NCBI GenBank assembly: GCA_037446575.1 | Contig: JBBIII010000007.1 | Span: 1 to 56,246 of the forward strand | DNA length: 56,246 bases | Source: Ignavibacteriales bacterium | Lineage (GTDB): Bacteria > Bacteroidota > Ignavibacteria > UBA10030 | Direction: 5' to 3' | In this document: piece after piece, positions 40,629-51,493 of the stretch | Position numbering within the stretch: position 1 is the first letter of the stretch | Layout: every line of letters starts with the position of its first letter | Notes under the pieces: generated by a model | Seen by the model: only the letters and a program-made list of their open reading frames with translations | The model's database searches: none | What the model was told of the DNA's origin: nothing | Translations under genes and position numbers: made by a program

Positions 40629-42206
40629 ATGAAAAAAGAAATTATTATCAACTCAACGGCTAATGAGCATAGGATTGCTATATTAGAAGATGGGAAAACC
40701 GCAGAATTGTTTGTAGAAACGCCGGGTAAAAGTCGAAATGTAGGGGATATTTATCTTGGAAGTGTGGCTAAAGTTATGCCCGGAATTAAGGCGGCGTTTG
40801 TAAATATTGGTATGGAACAGGATGCTTTTCTCCATTTTTCTGATGTTGGCTCAATCGAAGAATTCAACTCACTTTTTGAAGAAGATGATGACGAAAAGGA
40901 AGCGGACGCAATTGCAAACAATGTAACGACTACGGAAGAATTCGAAGAACGCAAGAATATACGTTCGCCACAAAATATTCCGCAAGTGAACCTTCAAAAA
41001 GGGCAAGATATACTTGTCCAAATAACTAAAGAACAAATCGGGAAAAAGGGGGTTAGAGTACGTTCTGCAATATCTTTACCGGGGCGTTTTTTAGTTTTGA
41101 TTCCTTTTGATGGCAAAGTTGGAGTGTCGAAAAAGCTAACTAATTTTAAAGAGAAAAGGCGGCTTCGGAAACTGATACGTGGTATTCTGCCTGAAGGTTT
41201 TGGTGCTATTATACGAACTGTGGCTGAGAGTAAAACAGAGGATATGCTCAAAGAAGACTTGGAAGATCTGATTAAGACATGGCATAATATAGAAAAATTG
41301 GTAAAAACCGAAAAAGCCCCTGCCCTCATTTATAAAGACATGGATACAACATCAAGTGTAATTCGTGATTTATTTCAGGATACGGTTGAGCGTGTGGTTG
41401 TGGATGATAAAAAACTTTATAAGGAAATTCGGTCTTATGTGCAGTGGATATCGCCAGATATGCTGAATCGAATAGAATATTTTAAAGATAGAGAACCGAT
41501 TTTTGATAAATATGAAATTGAAAAAGAAATTCAGGTCTTGTTGTCAAAAAAAGTATGGTTGAAAAGCGGCGGGTATCTATACATCGAAAAGACGGAAGCG
41601 ATGACGGTAATTGACGTAAATAGCGGCCGTTATGCGGCAAAAAAAGAGCAGGAACTTAATTCATTGCGCACAAATTTAGAGGCGGCGCGCGAAGTCTGCC
41701 GACAAATAAGATTGAGAGATATTGGCGGACTTGTTATTGTCGATTTTATAGATCTCGACGATGAAAAAAATAAAAAGAAAATTTATGATGAAATAAAAAA
41801 GGAAGTTAGACGCGATAGGGCAAAAGTTACTGTGCTTCCTATGACAGAATTTGGTTTAGTTCAAATAACACGGCAAAGAGTTCGACAAAGCGTTCAACTT
41901 AGTTTTAGTGAATCTTGTCCAATGTGCGGTGGCACAGGATTAGTTCAATCAAAAACATCTACAATAAATCAGATCGAACGTTGGATAAGAAGATTTAAAA
42001 GTGATAAAAGAGAATTTAGGTTACACCTACATGTAAATCCCATAATTGCTGAATTTCTGTTACAGGGCACAATCAGTCGATTGATGAAAATGCAATTAAA
42101 ATTTTTCGTAAAACTTAGACTAATATCGGATTCATCTATGCCTGCCGATGAATTTAAATTCTTTTCTATAAAACAGCAGAAAGATATTACGGATCAATAC
42201 AAATAA
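40629..42206 (+). CDS. rng: Rne/Rng family ribonuclease
   Basis: S1 domain GDIYLG..AAFV; IDVNSG; TNLEAA; DFID; CPMCGGTG. Confidence 0.93.
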   Translation: MKKEIIINSTANEHRIAILEDGKTAELFVETPGKSRNVGDIYLGSVAKVMPGIKAAFVNIGMEQDAFLHFSDVGSIEEFNSLFEEDDDEKEADAIANNVTTTEEFEERKNIRSPQNIPQVNLQKGQDILVQITKEQIGKKGVRVRSAISLPGRFLVLIPFDGKVGVSKKLTNFKEKRRLRKLIRGILPEGFGAIIRTVAESKTEDMLKEDLEDLIKTWHNIEKLVKTEKAPALIYKDMDTTSSVIRDLFQDTVERVVVDDKKLYKEIRSYVQWISPDMLNRIEYFKDREPIFDKYEIEKEIQVLLSKKVWLKSGGYLYIEKTEAMTVIDVNSGRYAAKKEQELNSLRTNLEAAREVCRQIRLRDIGGLVIVDFIDLDDEKNKKKIYDEIKKEVRRDRAKVTVLPMTEFGLVQITRQRVRQSVQLSFSESCPMCGGTGLVQSKTSTINQIERWIRRFKSDKREFRLHLHVNPIIAEFLLQGTISRLMKMQLKFFVKLRLISDSSMPADEFKFFSIKQQKDITDQYK

Positions 42207-42224
42207 ACCGCAGAAGGATGAAAA

Positions 42225-42872
42225 ATGAAATTTTTTATTGATACTGCAAATATACATGAGATTAGAGAAGCGGCTAATCTTGGCATACTTGACGGGGTTA
42301 CTACTAATCCAAGCTTAGTGGCAAAAGAGAAGAAAGATTTCCGAAAACTATTAGAGGAAATTTGTTCGGTTGTTGATGGACCTGTAAGCGCCGAAGTTAT
42401 ATCACTGGATTATGAAGGAATAGTAAAAGAAGCGCGAGAGTTGGTTAAGATTCATAAAAATATTGTGGTTAAAATTCCTTTAATAAAAGATGGATTAAAA
42501 GCCGTTAAAGCTCTTGGCGGCGAAGGAATAAAATCAAATGTAACTTTGTGCTTTTCTCCAAATCAAGCTTTGATGGCGGCTAAAGCTGGAGCTTACTTTA
42601 TAAGTCCTTTTATCGGGCGCTTAGACGATGTAGGACATAACGGAATGGATTTAATAGGTCAAATAGTTACAATATATCGCAACTACGGCTTTGCTACAGA
42701 GGTGCTTGTAGCAAGCGTCCGTCATCCGATGCATGTAGTAGATGCGGCAATGGTTGGAGCAGATATTTGCACTATGCCTTTTAAAGTAATTGATCAGTTG
42801 ATTAAACATCCGCTTACTGATATAGGAATAGAAAGATTTTTAGATGACTGGAAAAAAGCTGGACTGAAATAA
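42225..42872 (+). CDS. fsa: Fructose-6-phosphate aldolase / transaldolase
   Basis: [29 protein letters not shown]. Confidence 0.93.
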   Translation: MKFFIDTANIHEIREAANLGILDGVTTNPSLVAKEKKDFRKLLEEICSVVDGPVSAEVISLDYEGIVKEARELVKIHKNIVVKIPLIKDGLKAVKALGGEGIKSNVTLCFSPNQALMAAKAGAYFISPFIGRLDDVGHNGMDLIGQIVTIYRNYGFATEVLVASVRHPMHVVDAAMVGADICTMPFKVIDQLIKHPLTDIGIERFLDDWKKAGLK

Positions 42873-43960
42873 TGCTTAAACGAACACCATTTTACGAGTA
42901 TCATAAATCATTAGGCGCAAAGATAGTGGATTTTGCAGGATACGAAATGCCTATTCTGTACTCAGGTATTATCGAAGAGCATTTGTCGGTTCGCAATTCT
43001 GTTGGCGTATTCGATGTATCGCACATGGGTGAATTTATTATTCATGGGAATAATACGCATGAATTTCTTCAGCAAATGACTATTAATGATGTTGCTAAAA
43101 TAAAACCCGGGCGCGCACAATATTCGGCAATGTGTTATGAAGATGGCGGTTTAGTTGATGACCTTTTGATATATAAAATGGAAAACAAATACATGATGGT
43201 TGTCAACGCGGCGAACATAACGAAGGATTATGATTGGTTATTATTACATCATTTCGGCAATGTGGAGATTGAAAATGTAAGCGATAAGACTGCTCTACTT
43301 GCCGTGCAAGGACCTCGATCGCTTCAAGTGATACAAAAACTTTTTAACGAGGACTTATCTAAGCTTGTATATTATTCTTTTATTGAATCGAAATATGAAG
43401 ATATACCAGTATTGATTTCAAGAACAGGCTACACAGGCGAGTTAGGTTATGAGTTATATTTTAACGCAACATCTGAAAATGCCAAGAAAATATGGGAGGG
43501 AATATTTGAAGCGGGGAAAGAATTTAATATTGTTCCAATCGGCTTGGGAGCAAGGGATACATTAAGGCTCGAAATGGGTTATTGTCTTTATGGCAACGAC
43601 ATTGATAAAGCGACTAATCCTTTAGAAGCCGGGTTAAGCTGGATAACTGCACTGGGAAAGAATAATTTTATTGGAAAAGAAAAAATAATAGAAGAAAAAG
43701 AGAAAGGAATAAAACGTAGAATGGTTGGTTTCATTCTACAAGACAAAAATATAGCAAGACATGGTTACAAGATTATGAAAGAGAATAAGGAGATTGGAGA
43801 AGTTACAAGCGGCGCTTTTTCGCCCTCTTTGCAAAGAGGAATTGGAATGGGTTACGTTGCAGTTGAAAACGCTAAAGAGGGTGAAAATATTTCGGTAATT
43901 ATTCGAGGAAAAGAAGCGTCTGCGACAATTGTATCGATGCCTTTTTTAAAAAAACATTAA
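42872..43960 (+). CDS. gcvT: Glycine cleavage aminomethyltransferase
   Basis: FDVSHMGE, SRTGYTGE.G.E, GLGARDTLRLE. Confidence 0.97.
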   Translation: MLKRTPFYEYHKSLGAKIVDFAGYEMPILYSGIIEEHLSVRNSVGVFDVSHMGEFIIHGNNTHEFLQQMTINDVAKIKPGRAQYSAMCYEDGGLVDDLLIYKMENKYMMVVNAANITKDYDWLLLHHFGNVEIENVSDKTALLAVQGPRSLQVIQKLFNEDLSKLVYYSFIESKYEDIPVLISRTGYTGELGYELYFNATSENAKKIWEGIFEAGKEFNIVPIGLGARDTLRLEMGYCLYGNDIDKATNPLEAGLSWITALGKNNFIGKEKIIEEKEKGIKRRMVGFILQDKNIARHGYKIMKENKEIGEVTSGAFSPSLQRGIGMGYVAVENAKEGENISVIIRGKEASATIVSMPFLKKH

Positions 43961-43970
43961 TTAGGGGGAC

Positions 43971-44735
43971 ATGATGAAAATAGACTTAAGTTTAAGCGCA
44001 TCGCAGTTCGATGAATTGCAAATGCGAGATAAAAATATAATTGTTATTGATGTATTACGAGCAAGCACAACGGTAACGGTTGCAATAAATAACGGCGCCC
44101 GGGAAATTATTCCAGTGGCAAGCATCGAATCCGCAGTTAAAATTTCTGGCAGTTTGTTTGGCGAAGTTACACTGCGAGGCGGTGAACGAAACGGCAAAAT
44201 GATTGAAGGATTTAACTTGGGCAATTCTCCGTTGGAATATAACGAAGTGGCTGTTAAAGGTAAATCAATTATTTATTGTACAACCAACGGTTCTGTGGCA
44301 ATGTCAAAAAGCAGATATGCGCGTTCTTTAGCAGTTGCATCATTTGTCAACATTTCGGCTGTAGTTCAATATATGCATGAAGAAAACAAGGATTTTCTTT
44401 TGATATGCGCCGGAAGAGCAAACTCAATTGGCAATTTCAGCTTAGAAGATGTAGTATGCGCAGGCATGATTCTTCAGAAATTATCAACAGTAGAATCTAT
44501 TATATTAGAGCTTAGCGATTCAGCAAAAGCCGCAATAGCTCTTTATAAATCCTTTGGCCGTTCGATTTTGAAAATGCTTAAAAACACAGAGCATGGCAAA
44601 TATTTAATCGAAATCGGTTTCGCTGAAGATTTAAAAATCTGCGCCGCAGTTGATTCGACATCGGCACTGCCTGTTTTAACTGGAACTGTTATAAAATTAA
44701 AGAAAGAAGAACCGCGCACAGAACATTCTATATAA
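43971..44735 (+). CDS. comB: 2-phosphosulfolactate phosphatase family protein
   Basis: IDVLRASTT, GGER, GNSP.E, TTNG, EDVVCAG. Confidence 0.9.
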   Translation: MMKIDLSLSASQFDELQMRDKNIIVIDVLRASTTVTVAINNGAREIIPVASIESAVKISGSLFGEVTLRGGERNGKMIEGFNLGNSPLEYNEVAVKGKSIIYCTTNGSVAMSKSRYARSLAVASFVNISAVVQYMHEENKDFLLICAGRANSIGNFSLEDVVCAGMILQKLSTVESIILELSDSAKAAIALYKSFGRSILKMLKNTEHGKYLIEIGFAEDLKICAAVDSTSALPVLTGTVIKLKKEEPRTEHSI

Positions 44736-44755
44736 ACAGAATAAACCGCTGAACA

Positions 44756-47188
44756 ATGGCAGAAAACCATAAAATATCTCAATCCAAACAATCTCCTCAA
44801 CATAAACTTCAAATTGGAGCGTTCGTTGGTATACTTTTTTCTTTAATGCTGTTCTTAAGCATTATCTCATATTCTGCTAACGATCAAGCAAGCGGCGAAA
44901 TAAAATTATGGGATTTATGGAAGCTGTTCACAAATGATGAAATTATAAATTTGAAAGCCGAAAGAACGCAAAATTGGTTAGGTTTGTTAGGCGCGATTAT
45001 TTCCAATTGGTTCATAAATTCAACTATAGGTTATGCAGTTCTCATTGTCCCCTTTTTAGGATTGGTGTGGTCGATCTATTTGTTGAACAGAAAAAATCTT
45101 CGCAGTAAAATTATACTGACAAATTACACAATTATACTTGCCGTTCTCTTTGCGTCGTTTGCCGGACTTCTTAAACAGCTCGATGGCAATCTCCCGATAG
45201 AATGGAGCGGAGTTGTAGGGCATTTTATTGCATATATTTTATCTAAAGCGATAGGACTAATTGGAGCCGCAATATTTGTAATAGGCGGTTTTTTGATAAT
45301 GCTTACTTTGCTAATCGATTTAGATTATAAGGTAACATATCAACGTATGGTTGATGCAATAAATTCAGTGATAGAGTGGTATAGGGAAAGACAAGAAAAC
45401 AGGGAAACTCAGCGCAATATGGAGCGAGCAGAATTTGAAAGAAATAAAACTCGTTCTGTGGTTCAAATTACAAAACCTGAAGAGGAATTAACTCATCAAC
45501 CAATAAAACAAAAAATTGAAGAACAACCAGCAAAGCCCGTTGTAAAAACTACTTTAGCTGTAAAAAAAGACTCAGATAATACTATTATATCAGATTCTCC
45601 GAACAATGACAAAGATTTAAAAATTGATATTCAAGAAAAAGTTATTGAAGAAGAAATAGATTATGACGAGCGGAAAACAGATAATAGCGATAATTTAGAA
45701 GAAGAAATTGATTATGTTTTTCCCTCTATGGAATTGTTGGATACGCATCATGGCACCGAAGATATAGATGATGAGGAGTTGAAGGCAAACGCCGAGCTGT
45801 TAAGAGCAAAATTAGCTGATTTTTCTGTCGAAATAGAAAGCGTCTCGGTTACCCCAGGTCCAGTAGTTACTTTGTATGAATTAATTCCGGCGGCAGGCGT
45901 GAAAATTAGCCGTATCGAAAGTTTGCAAGATGATATCGCGCTTGCATTGAAGGCAAAAGGAATCAGAATTATTGCGCCAATGCCTGGCAAAGGGACTGTT
46001 GGTGTCGAAATTCCCAATCATAATCCTTCGCTTGTAACAATTAGGAGCATAATAAATTCTGCGAAGTTTAGAGATTCAAAAGCACTTCTTCCGATTGCGA
46101 TGGGTAAAACTATTGCGGGCGAAGTTTATGTTGATGATTTAGCAAAAATGCCGCACTTATTAATAGCGGGCGCTACTGGTTCTGGTAAAAGCGTCGGTAT
46201 AAATACGATACTTACAAGCATCATTTATCGCCAACATCCAAGCGATGTTAAGATTGTCATTATCGATCCTAAAAAAATTGAGTTGACGCTTTATAAAAAA
46301 CTCCGCAATCATTATTTAGCCGTTTCGCCTGATATAGACGAAGAAATCATTACGGAACCTAATAATGCTGTGCTTGTATTAAAGAGCGTGGAATTAGAAA
46401 TGGAAAACCGCTATAATCGATTAGCTTCGGCTGGTGTGCGCAACATTATGGATTATAATGAAAGATTTGCAACTGGCCGTCTTCATGACACTGAGACAAT
46501 AAAGCATAGAAAGATACCGTTCTTGATAGTTGTAATTGACGAATTAGCCGACTTGATGATTACAGCGGCAAAAGAAGTTGAAGAACCGATAGCCCGCTTA
46601 GCGCAATTGGCAAGAGCGGTCGGAATTCATCTTGTGGTAGCCACACAGCGTCCGTCGGTAGATGTAATTACCGGCGTTATTAAAGCGAACTTTCCCGCAC
46701 GTGTCGCTTATCAAGTCTCTTCAAAAATTGATTCGAGAACGATATTGGATATGAACGGCGCCGATCAATTGCTTGGCAATGGCGATATGTTGTATTTGCC
46801 ATCCGGCTCGCCAAAGCCGCATCGAATACAAAACGCTTTTATTTCTACAGATGAAGTCGAACGAATAACAAATCATATCGGCAAGCAAAAGGGTTATCGG
46901 AATCCTTATAAACTCCCCTCTGTAATAGAGAAGAAGCGTCAATCGAGCGCAGGTGGAGGAGTAAGCGAAGATGAATTGTTTGAAGATGCGGCTTTTATAG
47001 TAGTGCGTCATCAACAAGGTTCAGTATCGCTTTTACAGCGTCGTTTGAAAGTAGGTTATTCACGCGCCGCGCGTTTGATTGATGAACTTGAAACCGCTGG
47101 AATTGTAGGTCCGTTCGATGGGAGCAAAGCTCGCGAAGTATTAGTCGAAACAGAAGCTGAATTAGAAACAATATTGAGGAGATCATGA
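44756..47188 (+). CDS. ftsK: DNA translocase FtsK
   Basis: N-terminal TMs; PHLLIAGATGSGKS; DELADLM; gamma domain SLLQRRLKVGYSRAAR. Confidence 0.97.
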   Translation: MAENHKISQSKQSPQHKLQIGAFVGILFSLMLFLSIISYSANDQASGEIKLWDLWKLFTNDEIINLKAERTQNWLGLLGAIISNWFINSTIGYAVLIVPFLGLVWSIYLLNRKNLRSKIILTNYTIILAVLFASFAGLLKQLDGNLPIEWSGVVGHFIAYILSKAIGLIGAAIFVIGGFLIMLTLLIDLDYKVTYQRMVDAINSVIEWYRERQENRETQRNMERAEFERNKTRSVVQITKPEEELTHQPIKQKIEEQPAKPVVKTTLAVKKDSDNTIISDSPNNDKDLKIDIQEKVIEEEIDYDERKTDNSDNLEEEIDYVFPSMELLDTHHGTEDIDDEELKANAELLRAKLADFSVEIESVSVTPGPVVTLYELIPAAGVKISRIESLQDDIALALKAKGIRIIAPMPGKGTVGVEIPNHNPSLVTIRSIINSAKFRDSKALLPIAMGKTIAGEVYVDDLAKMPHLLIAGATGSGKSVGINTILTSIIYRQHPSDVKIVIIDPKKIELTLYKKLRNHYLAVSPDIDEEIITEPNNAVLVLKSVELEMENRYNRLASAGVRNIMDYNERFATGRLHDTETIKHRKIPFLIVVIDELADLMITAAKEVEEPIARLAQLARAVGIHLVVATQRPSVDVITGVIKANFPARVAYQVSSKIDSRTILDMNGADQLLGNGDMLYLPSGSPKPHRIQNAFISTDEVERITNHIGKQKGYRNPYKLPSVIEKKRQSSAGGGVSEDELFEDAAFIVVRHQQGSVSLLQRRLKVGYSRAARLIDELETAGIVGPFDGSKAREVLVETEAELETILRRS

Positions 47189-47832
47189 AAAATCTAAGCG
47201 CATTTACATTGCTCTTTTTACTGATTATCAGCTTTGATTTATTTGCGCAAGAAAAAGAATTAACCGTAAAGCAAATTACAAATCAGCTTCAGAGGCGATT
47301 TGAAATGATAGACGACGCCATTATACAATATGAACAATATAATAAGTACGGTTTTTCAAGTATGGAGCAAACTTTCAGCGGAACATTATATATAAAAAAA
47401 CCAAATCGGTATCGCGTCGAATCTGAACATCAAACAATTGCAACTAACGGAGCTACTGTGTGGGCATTTTCCGCTGTTAATAATCAGGTGATAATTGATA
47501 GATATAAAGAAAACGATAATTCGCTTTCGCCTGAAAAATTTATGCTTAATTTACCAGCCAATTATTATGCATCAATAATTGGAACGGAAAAAATCGCGAC
47601 CGGAAGGTTATTTAATTTGAAACTTGCTCCCAAAGATGATAGATCGTTTGTAAAGGCAATAAGGATTTCGATTGAAGAAAATAATTGGATTCTTAAGAAG
47701 GTCGTTATAACAGATATCAATGAAACAATTACCGCCTATACAGTTAAAGATATAAAATTGAATACTAACATCAATGATAAGACATTTGTTTTTGACATCC
47801 CGGAGGGCGCAGAAATAGTTGATCTGCGATAA
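47185..47832 (+). CDS. lolA: Outer-membrane lipoprotein carrier LolA family
   Basis: G.LYIKKPNRYR; follows ftsK; F.F..PEGA..VD. Confidence 0.85.
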   Translation: MKNLSAFTLLFLLIISFDLFAQEKELTVKQITNQLQRRFEMIDDAIIQYEQYNKYGFSSMEQTFSGTLYIKKPNRYRVESEHQTIATNGATVWAFSAVNNQVIIDRYKENDNSLSPEKFMLNLPANYYASIIGTEKIATGRLFNLKLAPKDDRSFVKAIRISIEENNWILKKVVITDINETITAYTVKDIKLNTNINDKTFVFDIPEGAEIVDLR

Positions 47833-47848
47833 CAAATTCCCATCGAAT

Positions 47849-48871
47849 ATGCCGGCGAAATTTAATACTCTCTTCCGTTATAGTTTTGGATTCCTAATTG
47901 CATTTGGATTTCTCTATCTTGCAATTAGAGGAGTCGATCTTTCGGAATTATGGGAATCAATTGTTAATGCAAATTATTGGCTGTTAGCGTTGTTAATTCC
48001 GCTTAATGTTTTTTCGCATTGGGTTAGGGCTTTGCGTTGGTCGTACCTGCTTGAACCTATAAAACCGAAAATTTCATTGAGGAATCTTTTCTCGGCTGTA
48101 ATGATAGGTTATGCTGTCAACAATATTTTGCCGCGTGTCGGCGAACTTGTGCGTCCTTTTGTTTTAGGTAAATTGGAAGGCATATCCAAAACTTCTACTT
48201 TCGGCACCGTCGTAATCGAACGAATATTGGATATTGTATGTTTATATTTAATAGTGTGTTCTGTTTTAATATTCTTGCCTAATGTACTTGAACCATTTGT
48301 AGCCAATATAGAAATGTATAGGCCCATCCTCATAAGTGCATTAATAATATCCCTTATTATCCTGATATTTATTTTTTTAAAAGCGGGAGTCTTTTTTAGG
48401 TTTATTTCAAGGATCATTAATATCGGACCCAATTCTTTTATAATGAAAACAGAAAAAATATTAGAAAAATTTTACTCTGGCATTGCCACTGAAAAATTAA
48501 TCAGCAATTTAGGCAGAATAATTTTTCTAAGTTTTGTAGTTTGGGGTTTATATATTCTTGGCATGTATATTCCTTTTTTTGCTTTCGATTCTTTAATCCG
48601 CCCGGAACTTGATTTTGGCGCTGCAGTAACGCTCCTATCAATCTCATCTATCTCTTGGATGTTGCCGGCCCCCGGGGCTTTAGGAACTTATCACTCGTTT
48701 TTAACAGTTGCAATGGTAAAACTATATAATGTCGATATAGCGGTTGCATTAAGTTATGCTATACTTACACATGGCATTACTTATGTTTTAGCAATGATTA
48801 TAGGATTATTTTATTATTTTAAAGATCATCTGAAGTTATCTGAAATTACAAGCGATAATTCAAATTTGTGA
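47849..48871 (+). CDS. Lysylphosphatidylglycerol-synthase TM / flippase-like protein
   Basis: RALRW, NNILPRVGELVR, ERILD, PAPGALG. Confidence 0.85.
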   Translation: MPAKFNTLFRYSFGFLIAFGFLYLAIRGVDLSELWESIVNANYWLLALLIPLNVFSHWVRALRWSYLLEPIKPKISLRNLFSAVMIGYAVNNILPRVGELVRPFVLGKLEGISKTSTFGTVVIERILDIVCLYLIVCSVLIFLPNVLEPFVANIEMYRPILISALIISLIILIFIFLKAGVFFRFISRIINIGPNSFIMKTEKILEKFYSGIATEKLISNLGRIIFLSFVVWGLYILGMYIPFFAFDSLIRPELDFGAAVTLLSISSISWMLPAPGALGTYHSFLTVAMVKLYNVDIAVALSYAILTHGITYVLAMIIGLFYYFKDHLKLSEITSDNSNL

Positions 48872-48919
48872 TGTATAATAAAACCAATTTTTAAAAATGA
48901 ATAAGAAGAGGAGATTAAA

Positions 48920-49732
48920 TTGAGTATTATTGATGCGATTCTTTTAGCAGTACTACAAGGTTTAACAGAGTTCCTGCCAATCAGCAGTTCCGGACATCTT
49001 GTTTTAGCTCAGCATCTGTTAGATCTTAATAATTTTGACATGATTTCATTCGATGTGTTTGTTCATTTTGGAACGCTTATAAGCGTGTTTGTAATCTTTA
49101 GAAAGGATATTGTAGAAATAATAAAAGCTTTTGTAAAAGCATCAGTGTCTATAAAAATTACGCAAGAATATAAAAGCAACGAATATTTTCGACAAGGCGT
49201 GGCTATTTTAATTGGTTCTATTCCTGCGGCTGTAATCGGAATTTTCTTTCGCGAGGCAATAGAGGCAACTTTTAAAGATCCAAAACTTGCGGCTGTAAAT
49301 TTAGTTATTACTGGACTGATACTTTTTTTAACTCGACTTGCTAAACCTACTGAAGGGAAGCAAGTGGGCATAATTTCGGCGTTTGTAATCGGGATCGCGC
49401 AAGCAGTTGCAATTTTACCCGGCATTTCAAGGTCTGGGACAACAATTAGCGCCGCTATATATTTAAAAATTCCGCCTGTAAAAGCGGCAAGATTTTCATT
49501 TCTTCTCTCGCTCCCTGTTATTGCAGGGGCTGCTTTGTTAGAAGGTTATAGACTTTTTGAGAACAATTCCGATATCGGACTTATGCCAATTCTTGTTGGC
49601 ACAATTGTAGCGGCTATTGCTGGTTATTTTGCTATTAAAATTTTATTGCGGATAACTGAAAAAGGAAAATTCAGATGGTTCGCATTTTATTGCTTAATTC
49701 TTGGTATTATTGGAATTATTTTTATAGGATAA
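48920..49732 (+). CDS. uppP: Undecaprenyl-diphosphatase
   Basis: QGLTEFLPISSSGHL, PGISRSG. Confidence 0.97.
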   Translation: MSIIDAILLAVLQGLTEFLPISSSGHLVLAQHLLDLNNFDMISFDVFVHFGTLISVFVIFRKDIVEIIKAFVKASVSIKITQEYKSNEYFRQGVAILIGSIPAAVIGIFFREAIEATFKDPKLAAVNLVITGLILFLTRLAKPTEGKQVGIISAFVIGIAQAVAILPGISRSGTTISAAIYLKIPPVKAARFSFLLSLPVIAGAALLEGYRLFENNSDIGLMPILVGTIVAAIAGYFAIKILLRITEKGKFRWFAFYCLILGIIGIIFIG

Positions 49733-49736
49733 CAAT

Positions 49737-50318
49737 ATGAGAACTCTTAATATTATCTTTCTTTTATTTTTTGGTTTATCACAATTAACAAGCTGTCAAT
49801 CGGACACAACAAAGGGGAAAACCGTGAACATTATCATCGAAACCACAAAGGGAGAGATTGAACTTGAATTATTTGAATCGGATGCGCCTAAAACTGTAGC
49901 AAATTTTATCGGACTTGCTGAGCAAGGATATTATAATGGCGTAATATTCCATCGAATTTCAAAAGGATTTGTCGTTCAAGGAGGAGATTCGACAGGAACG
50001 GGCAGAGGTGGAAAAAGTATTTATGGAAATGTTTTTGAAGATGAATTGAAACCTAATACTTTGTCCTATCAAGAAGGGTATAAGCGAGGAACAGTTGCTA
50101 TGGCAAATCGCGGACCAAATACAAACACAAGTCAGTTTTTTATTGTTCTGAATGATGCGCCTTGGTTGCCTAAAAATTATACGATATTCGGAAGAGTAAA
50201 GAACGGAATGAATGTTGTAGATTCTATAGCCGCAACCGAAATTATTCCTCAGATGGGACCCACTGACGGCAAGCCAATAGTTGATATTTCGATGAAATCG
50301 GTAAGAGTGATCAAGTAG
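49737..50318 (+). CDS. Cyclophilin-type peptidylprolyl isomerase (lipoprotein signal)
   Basis: APKTVANF, FHRI..GFVVQGGD, AMANRGPNTNTSQFFI. Confidence 0.93.
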   Translation: MRTLNIIFLLFFGLSQLTSCQSDTTKGKTVNIIIETTKGEIELELFESDAPKTVANFIGLAEQGYYNGVIFHRISKGFVVQGGDSTGTGRGGKSIYGNVFEDELKPNTLSYQEGYKRGTVAMANRGPNTNTSQFFIVLNDAPWLPKNYTIFGRVKNGMNVVDSIAATEIIPQMGPTDGKPIVDISMKSVRVIK

Positions 50319-50451
50319 GAAGTAACCAAAATTGGCTCGGCAATTCGCAAAATGCAATTGGTGTCGGTTCGATTGCAGCCGAAATAAAAAAGTAGTGAAC
50401 AATAAGAACTATTATCTGAATCCTACTCTTAAAAATATTGAATGATTTTTT

Positions 50452-51486
50452 ATGGCAAAAAAAGACAGCTTACCTAAATATAGCGATTTCATAGAGTCTG
50501 TAAAAAAGGATGGTTATGCGCCTTTATACTTGTTTATTGGTGAGGAAGATTTCTTAATTGACGAATGTATTTCCAAAATAATAGACGACTTGTTAGTTAA
50601 AGATACACGAGCATTTAATCTTGATATCGTCTATGGAAGTAAGGTAGAAGCGAAAGACGTAATCGCGCATGCCGCATCATTTCCGATGATGAGCGAGCGA
50701 CGTGTAGTAGTTATTTGGGAATTTGACAAATTGATTTCTGATATAAATTCAAAAGAATTGATTTCGAATTATATTTCGAAGCCGCTAAATTCTACTTGCC
50801 TTGTTATGGTTTGCGAAACGGCTGATTTTAGAAAGAAGCCATTTACAGATATAAAAAAAGCAGGCGCCGTATTTGAATTCAATAGATTGTACGATAATCA
50901 GATTCCGGCGTGGATTTCGAAGCGATTGGAGAAGTATGAAATATCAGCAGATTCGGAAGCTTGCAGGTTAATACATGCGTACATTGGGAATTCTTTACGC
51001 ACTATTAATAATGAAATAGAGAAACTTGCAATCTATTTAGGAGATCGCAAAAAAGGCACACCTGAAGATGTAGTCAAAGTTGTAGGTGCATCGCGTGAAT
51101 TTACAATATTCGATCTACAGAAAGAAATCGGCAAGAAGAATCTGAAAGGCGCTCTTAAAATAATTAAAAGAATGTTGGAAACCGGAGAAGCGCCCCAGTT
51201 GATAATTATTATGCTTACGCGATATTTTACGTTACTATGGAAAATTCAAGATTTGTTAAACCAGAATAAAAACGAAACGGAAATTTTATCCGCTGTTAAA
51301 ATTCATCAATTTTATTTGAAGGATTACATTTCAGCGGTAAAGAATTTTAGCCCAATCCAAATTGAGGCGGCATTTGATATTCTATTAGAAACCGATCTAA
51401 AACTTAAAACTACCTCTCCCGATCACTATCATCTAATGGAAATGTTAGTATATTCGCTTATTAATAAATATCAAATATCAGAGTAA
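50452..51486 (+). CDS. holA: DNA polymerase III delta subunit
   Basis: PLYLFIGEE.FL, FPMMSERRVVV, EIEKL. Confidence 0.9.
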   Translation: MAKKDSLPKYSDFIESVKKDGYAPLYLFIGEEDFLIDECISKIIDDLLVKDTRAFNLDIVYGSKVEAKDVIAHAASFPMMSERRVVVIWEFDKLISDINSKELISNYISKPLNSTCLVMVCETADFRKKPFTDIKKAGAVFEFNRLYDNQIPAWISKRLEKYEISADSEACRLIHAYIGNSLRTINNEIEKLAIYLGDRKKGTPEDVVKVVGASREFTIFDLQKEIGKKNLKGALKIIKRMLETGEAPQLIIIMLTRYFTLLWKIQDLLNQNKNETEILSAVKIHQFYLKDYISAVKNFSPIQIEAAFDILLETDLKLKTTSPDHYHLMEMLVYSLINKYQISE

Positions 51487-51493
51487 CTATAAA

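Noticed and set aside
40403-40663. 86-aa ORF upstream of rng, and a glycine-riboswitch-like GAGAGAC word near 40505
   Set aside because: The ORF has no recognisable features and overlaps the rng start; the other conserved glycine-aptamer elements are absent
50333-50383. tRNA-like fragment (GGTTCGATT) between the cyclophilin gene and holA
   Set aside because: No T-stem pairing or cloverleaf; only a weak hairpin
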